A stretch of 64,000 nucleotides of DNA from Macrostomum lignano (lineage: Eukaryota), in the NCBI GenBank assembly GCA_002269645.1, contig NIVC01000302.1, positions 502,303-566,302 on the forward strand, read 5' to 3'. Position numbers and translations under genes: made by a program. A model generated the notes under the pieces. That model saw only the letters and a list, made by a program, of their open reading frames with translations. It was not told the origin of the DNA and made no database searches. Of this stretch, positions 24,277 through 35,299 are shown in pieces. The first letter of the stretch is position 1, and each line of letters opens with the position of its first letter.

Positions 24277-26571
24277 AATGTGAGGGTTTCACGAGAGATA
24301 TTCAGACAGACATTTGAAACGATCGTCTGTAACTTTAAACAAAATTGACCCGCTTCAACCATCTTTTTGGCAAATACTTACGCAAGTGTTGGGCGTCAAA
24401 AAAGCTTTAATTTATTAACTGAAGTAAAAATCCTTCTGACATACATTGATTTAAAAATTGCTTAGCAACACTAGCTCTGATTAGAAATCGCTTTACTGTT
24501 GACTAAAATTGTTTTGATCGTAGCAGCCTAAAAGCAGATACTGGATTTAAAAATACTTCGATTTACTCTATACGCATGTCTCAGCTTTAAAATGACACCT
24601 CAGGCGTCGCAAAAGACAGCTTTGATGCTGAGATATTCGACTCTAAACATGCATTGCTTTGCGCAATCTCACATTCAGAAATTTCACTGATTTTTTGTCG
24701 ATATTTGTGCAGCTGCCGTGTCCTTGTTTTTCATCAGAAACTTGTCAAATTCTAGTCATGTCCAGTTTAAACCTGGACTTCTCTTAAACTGTCTTAAGTA
24801 TTCGATTTTTAATGATTCCTGCCTTTATATTGCATAGATTGTACCTGAGTCAGTGAGTCTGTGAGTGTACATTTGTACATTTGGCAACCAATCATGACTT
24901 TTTCACCGCTTTGCGGTTCAAATAAATATACGAGTGTACAAGAAACATGTTCCAACTGTTATTGAGAGAAATTGACGTCGCGTTTATTAACAGTCAGTGG
25001 CAATTAATATGAAGCAAATAGTTTATTGTTATGTTTTTACTTTTTTTGCGTGGCAATTCTGCTATCCAAATCGGAATGAGGTAAGCGGTGGGAATAAAAT
25101 AAAAAGGAAGAATTTTTTCTACTGTTGTTGCAACCCAATAGCTATATGTACTTCAAACTTTTTAGATTGAACAGGCGATTTCTAATGTACTGCTAAGCTT
25201 TCCAATCCCTACGGACTACAGTAGCAGTTCTTAACTTTTTTTCTGTCTTGACTTCTAGACTCGGAATTCGGAACAACCTAAGGAGCCACATGAAAATATT
25301 TAATTGGATAAAGATATTTTCTAAAAACAGCTCAAGTCGTGACACATCTTCTTCTCACCTCAGTCCATCAACTGCTGCTCCTTCTGAGACCAAAGCGATC
25401 GTGAAAGTAAAACAGATCAGTTTAGATCCCATGGCCATGAATACAACCATTTCAATTGTGAACCTGCTTTGCTTACAAGTACGAGCACTAGCCTTCCATT
25501 TGATGCCATTAGCTCACTTAACTCTGAAATAGTTCAAGGACGGTTCCAAATGTTGAGATCTGACGTAGAAGCAGTCCAATTTGTGGAAATTTATCAACTG
25601 GACTCCATGAATCACTCCAATGAAAGGCGGCGAATAGCTGTAGAATGCGTAAACAAGTTTAAGTGAGTCACAAAAACCCCATTTACTGTAACTACATACA
25701 CTTGTACGTTAGCAAGGCTCCATGCGATGGTTAATAAATGGAGAAGTAGACAAGCATCTGAACAAATATTGAATAAAAATCAGTGAAGTTTCCGAATGTG
25801 AGTTTGAGCAAAGCAATGTTTAGTGTCGAATATCTCAGCATCAAAGCTGTCTTTTGCAATTCCTGAGGTGTCATTTTAAAGCTGAGACATGCGTATAGAG
25901 TAAATCAAAGCATTTTTAAATCCAGTATCTGCTTTTAGGCTGCTACGATCAAAACAATTTTAGTCAACAGTAAAGCGATTTCTAATCAGAGCTAGTGTTG
26001 CTAAGCAATTTTTAAATCAATGTATGTCAGAAGGATTTTTACTTCAGTTAATAAATTAAAGCTTATTTGACGCCCAACACTTGCGTAAGTATTTGCCAAA
26101 AAGATGGTTGAAGCGGGTCAATTTTGTTTGAAGTTACAGACAATCATTTTGAATGTCTGTCTGAATGGGTCTCCCTAAAACACGCCCCGCACCGCCCTGC
26201 AGCGCTACACATTAAAACAAATTGGACTATAACTAAAGACACTTCAGAATGCGTTTTCTGTTAAGCTTCAAGTTTTTATTAAATTTAGTTTTTTTTACTT
26301 TGAAATATAAAATTCGGTGAACAAAAAGTGATATTAATAATAATATTAATAAAATAATAATATTATAATTTAATAATGAAAACGAGAATATAAAAAATAA
26401 TAATATTTAAAAAAATAAATAAAGATATTTATTCCATTACTATTTTAACTTTTCCTTGCAATCAAATACTGCATTGACAAAAAATGTTATAATGTGTAGC
26501 AGTTCGGGGCCCGGTGCGGGGCGTGTTTTAGGGAGCCTTTGTCTGAATATCTCTCGTGAAACCCTCACATT
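24277..26571. mobile_element. Foldback-type element with ~420-bp inverted arms
   Basis: 24277-24695 is the reverse complement of 25775-26166 plus 26549-26571 at high identity; no TSD found. Confidence 0.8.
26167..26539. mobile_element. Mutator-like MITE inserted in the foldback right arm
   Basis: TIR CTCCCTAAAACACGCCCCGCACCG / CGGTGCGGGGCGTGTTTTAGGGAG; 9-bp TSD TGTCTGAAT at 26158-26166 and 26540-26548; the left arm shows the empty site. Confidence 0.8.
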
Positions 26572-28417
26572 GCTCACATTTCAGACAACTGGGAATGTAT
26601 ATTTTAATATCTTACATAAGGCTATAGCTATAGGCTATATCGCCTATATGACTTAATAGGATTTAAAGAGTTATTTTGTTTTATATTTTAAGGCAGTGCA
26701 TAAAAAATAGCTTAAGCATGGTTAAGCCTTTAAAGAAAAATGGTTATAAGACCGCACCTAAACCGCACATACTTTTTTAATTTCAGGGTGCGATTTTAAA
26801 ATTTAGGGTGCATACGCACACTCTGCGCACAAAACCCTGGCCATGCAATGTGCCCTCACATCAATACAACAATGGCCCCTCCCAATTTGAAATATGCTCT
26901 AACCAATAGCAGATTTAGAGGGGGTGCACAAGGTGCGCCTACCCCATCGAGTTTTTTATATGTAAAATACACATTATCATGTATATAATACTTGTACATG
27001 ATATGCATATATATGTACCTGGCTTAGTAGTCTGTGCCCCCAATTCAAAATTTTCTGGATCCACTACTGGCTCCAACACCACTGCTTATACCTCAATAAA
27101 TGAATTGGTAGGCTGCTAGTATACACTTACTGGTTCAGATGATTCCTCCATGTCCATAGTTAATTCCAAAGCCTGTCTGTCTGTCACACGAAATCAAAAA
27201 AATCAAGCTTGCTTTTTTATCCAAAAAGTGATACTTTACTTGACTTATTTGAACTAAAACTTATTAGATATCACTAATTTGCTCAAATTAATTAATAAAT
27301 CGTTATATTACAATAGGTCGGTCGATTGGATTGAAGTTTATTAACAAGATACTTTATCTATGTATGTAATCTTAACGTATTTATTTGATGATCTAGAAGA
27401 GGCAGGCCAGGTCAAGAAAAATGACGAAATTTTATTTCATCGCAATCATAAATATGATTTGTTGAATAAATGCTTCAGTTTAATTTTCGTTTCGAAAATA
27501 AATCCAGCAACTGTTATACATTAGTTTTTATTTTTTAAATCTAAGATGTGTTTTACTAAATAAGTTTGTTATATACTTTAAGCCGTGGCTGTCCTTCAGC
27601 ACAATTTACAGTAGTAACAGATAACTTTAAGTCAGTGAACGCCAGAGGCTAGGGGAGTGGGAGGTCGATGGTCGTCTTTTTCTCGCTGCACTCTGCACCG
27701 CTGGCCTACTAGCTTAGGCGCGTGTCGAGCGGTTATTCGCGAAACTGCAGACATTGCTCCAATATTAATCTTCGAAAGCGAACGTAAAAAGCTTAAAATA
27801 GAAAGCTTCAACTCGGGGACTACTGAAGCAGGATGGAAAACTACGTTTCAAAATTTGTCGTTGCTTTTCACAGGAGACAGATCCTAGCGTACATCTTCTG
27901 ATATATGACTTGCCTTTCTTATAGCTAGCTCTAATTGATGTTCATAGAGTTTTTTTGTTTAAAAGATAAGGATTCGAAGTTAATTAAATTGACTAGACTT
28001 ACTAAAAAATTAAGCTTTTTCATAAATATGGCCTATACATGTAGGAGAGTACTTAGCCTAAAAATTGAAGCCTTTTATTCTCTGGTTTAATGAAGGCTAT
28101 TAATTATAGATTGCAGATTATAAAGTTATAACTTATATATAGCTGAGCATGCATAGATAGACGTATTTTTTCGGTAAAACCTGCCTTTCTAAACATTTCC
28201 AAAAATTAAACGTAGTAATTCTCAAATTCTGTCACTCGAACAATCCTTGTTCAAATTTTATGTAGATTTAACATTTAATTAGCTGAAATTAAGTAGACCT
28301 ACGGGCAGGGGTAGTTATTGATTAACGCCAATCTACTACATGTAAGTTAAAAAATTTTAAATGACAAAAGTCGCTTTAGATTCAGAGTATCCGAAATTTC
28401 AATTGGTTAGTCTAAAT

Positions 28418-28750
28418 AATATAATAATAATAATAATAATAATAATTGATTACACCTGTCTTAATGGGCCTTAATGAGCAGATGTGTGCAACCGACAGCT
28501 CAGCCGCAGCTATTGCCCGGCGCATCTGAAGGCTGCGTACGGCTGTTCAGTCCAAGGACTGGGGGGGGGGGGTCGCCACACACCCTCAATTACCCCAGCT
28601 AATGCTGGCACCCATTTTACAGCTGGGTGAACTGAAGCAATGCAGAGTTTAATTTCTTGCTCAAGGATACAAATTGTTTCAGTAGGATCGGGAATCGAAC
28701 CCCCGACCTTCAAGTCGTGAGTCCGACGCTCTGACCACTAGGCTACAACC
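28418..28750 (-). mobile_element. tRNA-derived SINE, family A (second, less decayed copy)
   Basis: Minus strand GTAGCCTAGTGGTCAGAGCG...GGTTCGATTCC; core TCCTTGAGCAAG...CACCCAGCTGTAAAATGGG; (TTA)n tail. Confidence 0.85.
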
Positions 28751-29073
28751 CACTTTTAGTCTAAAGCAGAGAATAAAGTAGTAAAAATACACCGTTTTGT
28801 AGCTTGCTTAATAAAATAGTAAGTAAGCATAAATTAGATAGGTAATTATCTTTATTGCAGTTGCATCGTTTCTGGCATTTGAAATATTGGAATTTGCTTT
28901 CTTGTGTACATACAAGTTAGTAACGCAGTATAAAATCTAGATAGAAGTGTCGTGATAACGCTTAGTTATACATTTAATTCTGACCTGATTGCACTGTACG
29001 AGACCTTTAAAACAGCGAAATATTGGCACAATAATAAACCGTCATTTATTTTGGTTTACACCAAAGGAAATAT

Positions 29074-29340
29074 TCATTTAGGCTTCAAAGCCGGCGCCGC
29101 AGTCACAACTAATTCGTCAAAAGCCGTCGCCGGGTCCGGCTCCCTGGTAAAGACCAGACCAGCGTGACAGCCAAGGACAACCTCGGCAGTTGTGTACACA
29201 ATATCGTCGCCAAGGAGGTGGCCACCAATCGCACGGCCGTGCTCGTCCGACAGGCAAATATGCAGATGGCACGATTGGCCGCCCTGGCTGATGGTGCCAA
29301 CCAGTGAAACAATTTCCATGTGGCGTTGCAGCAGTTCGGA
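29074..29340 (-). CDS. PPC/DUF296 domain protein, last exon
   Basis: ttattgcag acceptor, phase 0; EIVSLVGT...HLHICLSDEHGRAIGGHL...TTAEVVLG...FTREPDPATAFDEL is the DUF296 signature; ends at TGA. Confidence 0.88.
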   Translation of the reverse strand, partial: SELLQRHMEIVSLVGTISQGGQSCHLHICLSDEHGRAIGGHLLGDDIVYTTAEVVLGCHAGLVFTREPDPATAFDELVVTAAPALKPK

Positions 29341-29540
29341 CTGCAATAAAAGATTATCCCATCGGATATAATAGAACGGATGCCAACTGGCGTTAGTTGA
29401 AAATTAGAAATTTGAAAGAGCACTAATGAAATTTCAATAATCCCAATAATTATAAAATCAGTGATACTTTAAACCAAAGGTCGACAACCTCCGACCCGCG
29501 AAACTTCATAATAGCAATCTGCATGCCCGCTCAGGGTCTC

Positions 29541-29762
29541 CTCTTAGCTCTCGTATCTGATCTCGCCTCTCTCCTCTCTTCTATCTTCTTCTTTCTCCTC
29601 TCCTCTCGCCCCTCTTCTCTCCTTTGCTTTCGTCTTCTCTTCTGCCGTCTCTTATCCTTATCTTTTTCTTATCTTCTCTCTCTTCTCTTCTCTCATCCCA
29701 TATCTCATCTCCTCTCTCCGCTCTTCTCTTATCTATTCCCTCTTCTTCTTTATCTCTCCCCC
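29541..29762. repeat. CT-rich low-complexity tract
   Basis: Almost purely pyrimidine, with TCTC motifs; lies in the DUF296 intron. Confidence 0.85.
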
Positions 29763-30036
29763 GACTTGTGACCATTAGCTAGGTTATTTATCTCTTTATG
29801 CAGTAAATGAAATGTGACAAATATGGAGCTTCATTTAAATGGCATATAGATGGGAAAATGATGCCAATATGGCATCTAAGGTTCAAAATTCAGCGCGTCA
29901 AAATTAAAGTTGATCTCCTATATCACATTCTATGACACAAAGATAAAATCTAGACAACAATTCATTTTTATTTATTGCTCAGACAAATATAATATCACAA
30001 GTGCTTCAGTTTTTTTAGAAAAATCAGAATACTTAC

Positions 30037-30204
30037 TGGGTTGGTGCCAGAACCATCAGATGAGGTGGCATAGCGCAGTCTAGCTTGGGTGAGGCTACCA
30101 ACACAGCTGATAACAAAAGCAGAGCTCAGGCCCTGCTCTTTCACCAGTTGCATCAGGGACTCGCGCAGCAGCTCCCCAGGCTTAAGTCGAACAGCAACGC
30201 AGTC
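30037..30204 (-). CDS. PPC/DUF296 domain protein, first identifiable exon
   Basis: Strong ccattttcag acceptor; 56 codons DCVAVRLKPGELLRESLMQLVKEQGLSSAFVISCVGSLTQARLRYAT..., matching the RLxPG and CVGSL motifs; donor CCA|gtaagt, phase 0. Confidence 0.85.
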
Positions 30205-31010
30205 CTGAAAATGGATGCAAAAAGGGCTAAATGATATTTAAAGCTATATTAGGATTATAGTAGGCAAAAATTGGGAGACTAGACAAATACACATCATTGA
30301 TTTATCAATATACTAATATAAATATAGTCCTACACAATAGCCTCCAAAATATAGACTATGCATACAAATATTTTGGCCTGCAGACTGCATACCAGAGTTT
30401 AACTATTGCATATAGAAGTAAATTTTTGTATACCAATGCACATGGTACAACTACAAAGTTGCCCTAGACCCTATTGCATACAAATATTTATTTACAAAAA
30501 TGGCATTGTCAAGAAAATGGATCTTAGATAATCCAATAAATATTTATTTATTTTTAAAAAACGCCAACTCCTCTATTGGAGAAAGGCCATAGAACTCCCA
30601 TTGACAAAATTACATTCCTTAAAATCTATTAGCTGAATTCTATGACCCTAATCCAATCTTCTAAATCTTCTTTAAAACCTCCTAAATAACATATCTTGTT
30701 TTCCCTGTTTGCAAAAAATGATTGTGTTGTGTCGTGACTAAGAGCCCGTAAAAGGGCCGTTCGTCTAACTAACCTTTTCTTACTACTCTACTTTAAGTAG
30801 TGCAGTTAATAAATTATTCGTATATTGTATTGTAATGTATCGTATTCACGTGACATTTTGGCGGTTGAATTTATCGATCGTGTAACAATCCACTGTTAAA
30901 TATTAAATACAAGCGCGGGTTGCCCTAAGTGGAGCTCGTACCTTTTTTCCAGCAAAAAGTCTTACCTGCCACGTACTCGTTTCCTGTGTTAGTCTGTTGA
31001 GACACCACAT

Positions 31011-31024
31011 TGGCGACGAGGATG
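31011..31024 (+). other. Primer-binding site complementary to the tRNA-Ser(GCU) 3' end
   Basis: TGGCGACGAGGATG one base after the 5' LTR; the animal tRNA-Ser(GCU) ends ...CATCCTCGTCGCCA (recalled, not searched). Confidence 0.8.
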
Positions 31025-32185
31025 AGCGGACCCAGCCTTCCAGCACCAGCGCCTTTCCTTCCCGTGAGCGGCCAACCGGCAGTACCGTGGCCAAGATGGC
31101 TGGACGCGTTCGAATTCTTCTACACGGCATCCCAGTTTCGGGAGCCGGAGGGGCAATCCGAGGCAGAACCCACAAAGAGGAATCTGCTACTCCACCTGCT
31201 CGGATTCGAAGGCCAGCGCATTGCCAAGGCGAGGCAAGCACTCACGGAGGGAGATTCCTTCAAGGAGACGAAGGCAAAGCTGGACGGGATCTTCGGAGAG
31301 AAGCCCAACGTGATGGTGGCTCGCTTCCGATTCCGCCAACGACACCAGCTGCCCGGCGAAGACGCGGAGTCGTTCGTGGCCGCGCTCAGGGAGCTGGCCG
31401 AGCCCTGCGAGTACGGAAATCTCCGAGACCAGCTCATCAGAGACCAACTGGCAGAGAAGACTGGCAGCGCTCGCATCCGGGAGCGACTGCTGACGGAAGA
31501 CGCGGCTACTCTCACGCTGGAGAGGGCCCTCGCCATCGCCGTCACCATCGAGAAGGCGTCAAAGGGCTGTCAGGCTCTGATGGGCACAGCGGAGCCCGTG
31601 CACGCGGTCCGGCAGGCGCAGAAGCCAAAGGCGAAGTGGAGTGGCGCGGCGAAGCCAGCTAAGAAAGGCCAGCAAAGTCGACCCGCCGCCAAGGCCTGCT
31701 CTCGCTGCGGACGCAGTCACGGCGACGGCAACTGCCCAGCGAAGGGGCAGTCCTGCAACAACTGCGGCAAGATGAACCATTTCAGCCGTTGCTGCCGGAG
31801 CAAGGCGCTCCAAGTGACCGGCCAGGCTCAGGACGGCCCGGACGAGGCGGTCACTATATACGCCGTGCAGGGAGACGGTGAGATCCGTGCGCAGCTGCAT
31901 CTCGGACAAGCAGAGGTGCCGGTCAATACTCTGATCGACTGCGGCGCCAAGGTGTCACTGTTGAACGCCGACACGGCCGCGCTCCTGACCGACGTGCTAC
32001 CTCAGCCGACAACGATGAAGCTGCGCGCATACGGCGGCAAGCTGATCGATCTCGTGGGCCAAGCGGCGGTTCCCGTTAAGCACAACAACCGGTCTCTGCA
32101 ACACCTATTCTACATCGCGAAGCACGGCGACAACATCGCAGGTCGAGACCTCATGGATAAGCTCGGTTTCCATGTGAGCCTGTGA
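31022..32185 (+). CDS. Gypsy Gag-protease ORF
   Basis: Retrotransposon gag (RFRFRQRHQLPGE...LRDQL), zinc knuckles CSRCGRSH...C and CNNCGKMNHFSRCC, aspartic protease LIDCGAKVSLL. Confidence 0.9.
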   Translation: MSGPSLPAPAPFLPVSGQPAVPWPRWLDAFEFFYTASQFREPEGQSEAEPTKRNLLLHLLGFEGQRIAKARQALTEGDSFKETKAKLDGIFGEKPNVMVARFRFRQRHQLPGEDAESFVAALRELAEPCEYGNLRDQLIRDQLAEKTGSARIRERLLTEDAATLTLERALAIAVTIEKASKGCQALMGTAEPVHAVRQAQKPKAKWSGAAKPAKKGQQSRPAAKACSRCGRSHGDGNCPAKGQSCNNCGKMNHFSRCCRSKALQVTGQAQDGPDEAVTIYAVQGDGEIRAQLHLGQAEVPVNTLIDCGAKVSLLNADTAALLTDVLPQPTTMKLRAYGGKLIDLVGQAAVPVKHNNRSLQHLFYIAKHGDNIAGRDLMDKLGFHVSL

Positions 32186-32198
32186 GGACGTCAGCGAG

Positions 32199-33048
32199 GT
32201 GAACAGCGTCGCGGAGCAGCTGGAGGCGCGGTTCCCAGCGGCCTTTAGCGAGCAGATCGGCTGCTGCAGCGGAGCCGTGCACAAGCCCGTCATCGACCCC
32301 TCCATGCCGCCAGTGCGCCAGCCTCTGCGTCGTCTACCGCTGGCCAAGCAGCAGCTGGTGGAGGCTGAGCTCGACAAACTGGAGGCGGCTGGCATCATCG
32401 AGCGAGTCGACTCGAGTCGCTGGGTGTCAAACCTGGTGACCACCACCAAAAAGGACGGCAGCATCAGGGTCTGCGTCGATATCCGGGAGCCCAACAAGGC
32501 GGTGATATGCGACCAACACCCGATGCCCCAGCTGGACGACATCGCTGCCAAGATCAAGGGGGCCAAAGGACAGATCTTCAGCAAGGTGGACCTGAAGGCC
32601 GGCTACATGCAGATGGAGCTGCATGAGTCTTCGCGCGACCTGACAGCCTTCATCACGCACAAGGGCCTATACAGGTACTGCCGAGTGCCGTTCGGTTTGA
32701 CGTCAGCGCCTGCGGCGTTCCAGCGCATGCTCGACGATCTGGTGGCCGACCTGGACGGCGTGGAGCACATCCTCGACGATTTCATCATCTTCGGTGCCAC
32801 CACGACGGAGCACGACCGCTGTTTGGAGGCTCTACTGCGGCGACTCTGTGACAGGGGCTTGACAGTGAACAAGCAGAAATGTGAGTTCCGACAGCCGCAG
32901 ATCGAATTCTTCGGCTTCCTAGTTTCCGGCGACGGGTTCCGTGTTGGCGATTCGCGTACGCGTGCTTTCGAAGAGATCCGGGCTCCGACCTCCCAGAAGG
33001 AGCTGCAGTCGTTCCTGGGCGCCGCCAACTTCCTCAGGCGTTTCATCC
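32199..33048 (+). CDS. Gypsy pol, RT N-terminal part (cut by an insertion)
   Basis: KKDGSIRVCVD, FSKVDLKAGYMQ, PFGLTSAPAAFQ, HILDD, LQSFLGAANFLRRFI. Confidence 0.92.
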
Positions 33049-33366
33049 TATCCTCGTCGCCAATGTGGTGTCTCAACAGACTAACACAGGAAACGAGTAC
33101 GTGGCAGGTAAGACTTTTTGCCGGAAAAAAGGTACGAGCTCCACTTAGGGCAACCCGCGCTTATATTTGATATTTAACAGTAAATTGTTACACGATCGAT
33201 AAATTCAACCGCCAAAATGTCACGTGAATACGATACATTACAATACAATATACGAATAATTTATTAACTGCACTACTTAAAGTAGAGTAGTAAGAAAAAG
33301 TAAGAAAAGGTTAGTTAGACGAACGGCCCTTTTACGGGCTCCTAGTCACGACACAACATTTTCCCC
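33049..33366 (-). mobile_element. Inverted PPT-LTR-PBS fragment of the same retrotransposon
   Basis: Minus strand reads GGGGAAAA + complete 295-bp LTR (33064-33358) + T + TGGCGACGAGGAT; CATCC is present on both sides (33044-33048, 33367-33371). Confidence 0.93.
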
Positions 33367-35299
33367 CATCCCGCACTTCTCGGACATCACGGAGCCGCTG
33401 CGCAAGCTGCTTAAGGCCGACGCGGAGTTCAGCTGGTCCGAAGAGTGCCAGCAGTCTTTCGACGCGCTGAAGCAGGCGGTCAGCAGCCCGCCAGTTTTGG
33501 CTTTGTTCGACCCCGCAGCCGTTACGATTGTCACTACGGACGCCAGCTCAGTCGCCCTGGGCGCCCAGCTGTCCCAGCTGCAGGACGGCGTCGAGCGGCC
33601 GATTGCCTTCGCCGCCCGAGCGCTCACAGAGACCGAGCGGCGCTACGCAGCCAACGAACGAGAAGCCCTGGCGTGTCTCTGGGCCATGGAAAAGTGGCAT
33701 TTCTTCCTGTACGGGAGGCACTTTGAGCTCAGAACGGATCATCAGTCTCTGCGGCAGCTGCTGATGGGACCTAGCGGCACCGGGCACCGGCCGCTCCGCA
33801 TCCACAGGTGGTGCGACAGGTACCAACAGTATGACTTCCACGTCCGCTATCTACCCGGCGAGAGCAACTGCATGGCCGACCTCCTGTCCCGGTGGAGCAA
33901 CGGCTCCGACATGAACTTCGTCCAGCTGCCCGACACCGCGATGCCCAGGGTGCCCGCGTTGTCACTGTCCGAGCTGGCGGAGGCGACGACCAAGGACGAG
34001 ACGCTGCGACGGGTGCGGCAACACGTGTTGAACGGCGACTGGCCCAGGCGCACCGCGGACTCCGAACTCAAGCCGTACCTGCTGGCGCGACAACACCTAA
34101 GCGTCTGGCACGACGCTTCCTGCCTGGCGTTTCAGGAGCGAGCCGTCATTCCGGCGGAGCTGAGGCGCGGCGTCTTGGAACAGGCGCACACCGGACACCC
34201 AGGCGTGGTGCGCACAAAACAGATCCTGCGAGAGTCCGTCTGGTGGCCGCGACTCGACGCTGATGTCGAAACCTTCATCAGGGGCTGCGGCGCGTGTGAG
34301 ACGGCGGAGAAGAACTTCAAGCTGCACCCAGCGCCGCTGCAGCCGATCGAGTGGCCCGCGGGTCCGTGGGAGGAGATCGCCGTCGACATCGTCGGTGAAC
34401 TGCACGAAGCGCCGCAATCGTCCCGGTTCCTGCTGGTGGTTACGGACCTGCATAGCAAGTGGCCGGTGGTCTTCGCCACGGCTAGCATCACAACCGAAAC
34501 CGTCTGCAAGGTGATGCGGTCCCTGTTCGCTCGCTGGGGTCTCTGCAAGAAGGTCATCAGCGACAACGGCCCGCAGTTCGGCGCGGCCTTCACAGAGTTC
34601 CTGCGAGCTCGGGGTATCCAACACCGCAAGACCAGCCTCTACCACCCGAGCACGAACGGCCAGACTGAGCGGCTCAACCGGACGCTGCTTTCCAGCATTC
34701 GAGCGGCCAAGGCAGACTGCACGCCGCTGTCCGACGCCATCACCCAGTTCCTGGAGGTCTACAGGAGCACGCCGCACAGCCTGACGGGCAGGAGCCCCGC
34801 CGAGCTCATGCTAGGGCGATCGATGCGGACGATGCTGACTGCCCTGGCACCGCCCAAAGACATCAATGAGACGGACGAGGGACGGCGACTGAGCGAGACC
34901 ATCTACTACCGGCAACAGCGGACCAAGCGCTACACGGACCTATGCCGCCGGGCGCGAGTCAGCGACCTCCGACCAGGCGATTGGGTCCGAGTGCGGCGGC
35001 CCATCAAGAAGGGCAAGCTGGCCACGAGACTGTCCGGCCCGCTACAGATCATGACCAAGGCCGGCGCCGCGTACTGGCTGAGCGACGGCACAACCTGGAA
35101 TCAACAGGCGTTGGTCCCCACAAGCGCTAGGGCCTACGGCGACCAGGACGCCGAGCTCGACCCGCTGGTGCATGGCGAACTCGGCGGTGACAGCGATGCG
35201 GCGGCAATGGCGCAGCCGGCGGGGCTTCCCAGCGAAGTCCAACCAAGGCGCTCGGCCAGGGCCCGACGACCTTCGGAGCGGTACCAAGCGGGACTGTGA
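33367..35299 (+). CDS. Gypsy pol, RT C-terminus, RNase H and integrase
   Basis: Resumes IPHFSDITEPL in the frame of ORF 33497; TDASSVALGA, ANEREAL, HTGHPG...CGAC, VDIV...SDNGPQF...NGQTER (D,D35E). Confidence 0.92.

Larger units (their letters stand above)
24170..26839. mobile_element. Non-autonomous hAT-like element (outer shell)
   Basis: 8-bp TSD GCCATGCA at 24162-24169 and 26840-26847; termini CTGGGTTTT / AAAACCCTG with one mismatch; subterminal GGTGCG/CGCACC repeats at both ends. Confidence 0.7.

Noticed and set aside
25248-25666. Possible transposase in the foldback core
   Set aside because: Short ORFs with stops and no recognisable DDE or THAP motif.
30903-33170. ORFs 30903-31241 (minus) and 32199-33170 (plus) share the peptide SSSPMWCLNRLTQETSTWQV
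   Set aside because: This is antisense PBS/LTR read-through, not a protein domain; it only reflects the inverted LTR.
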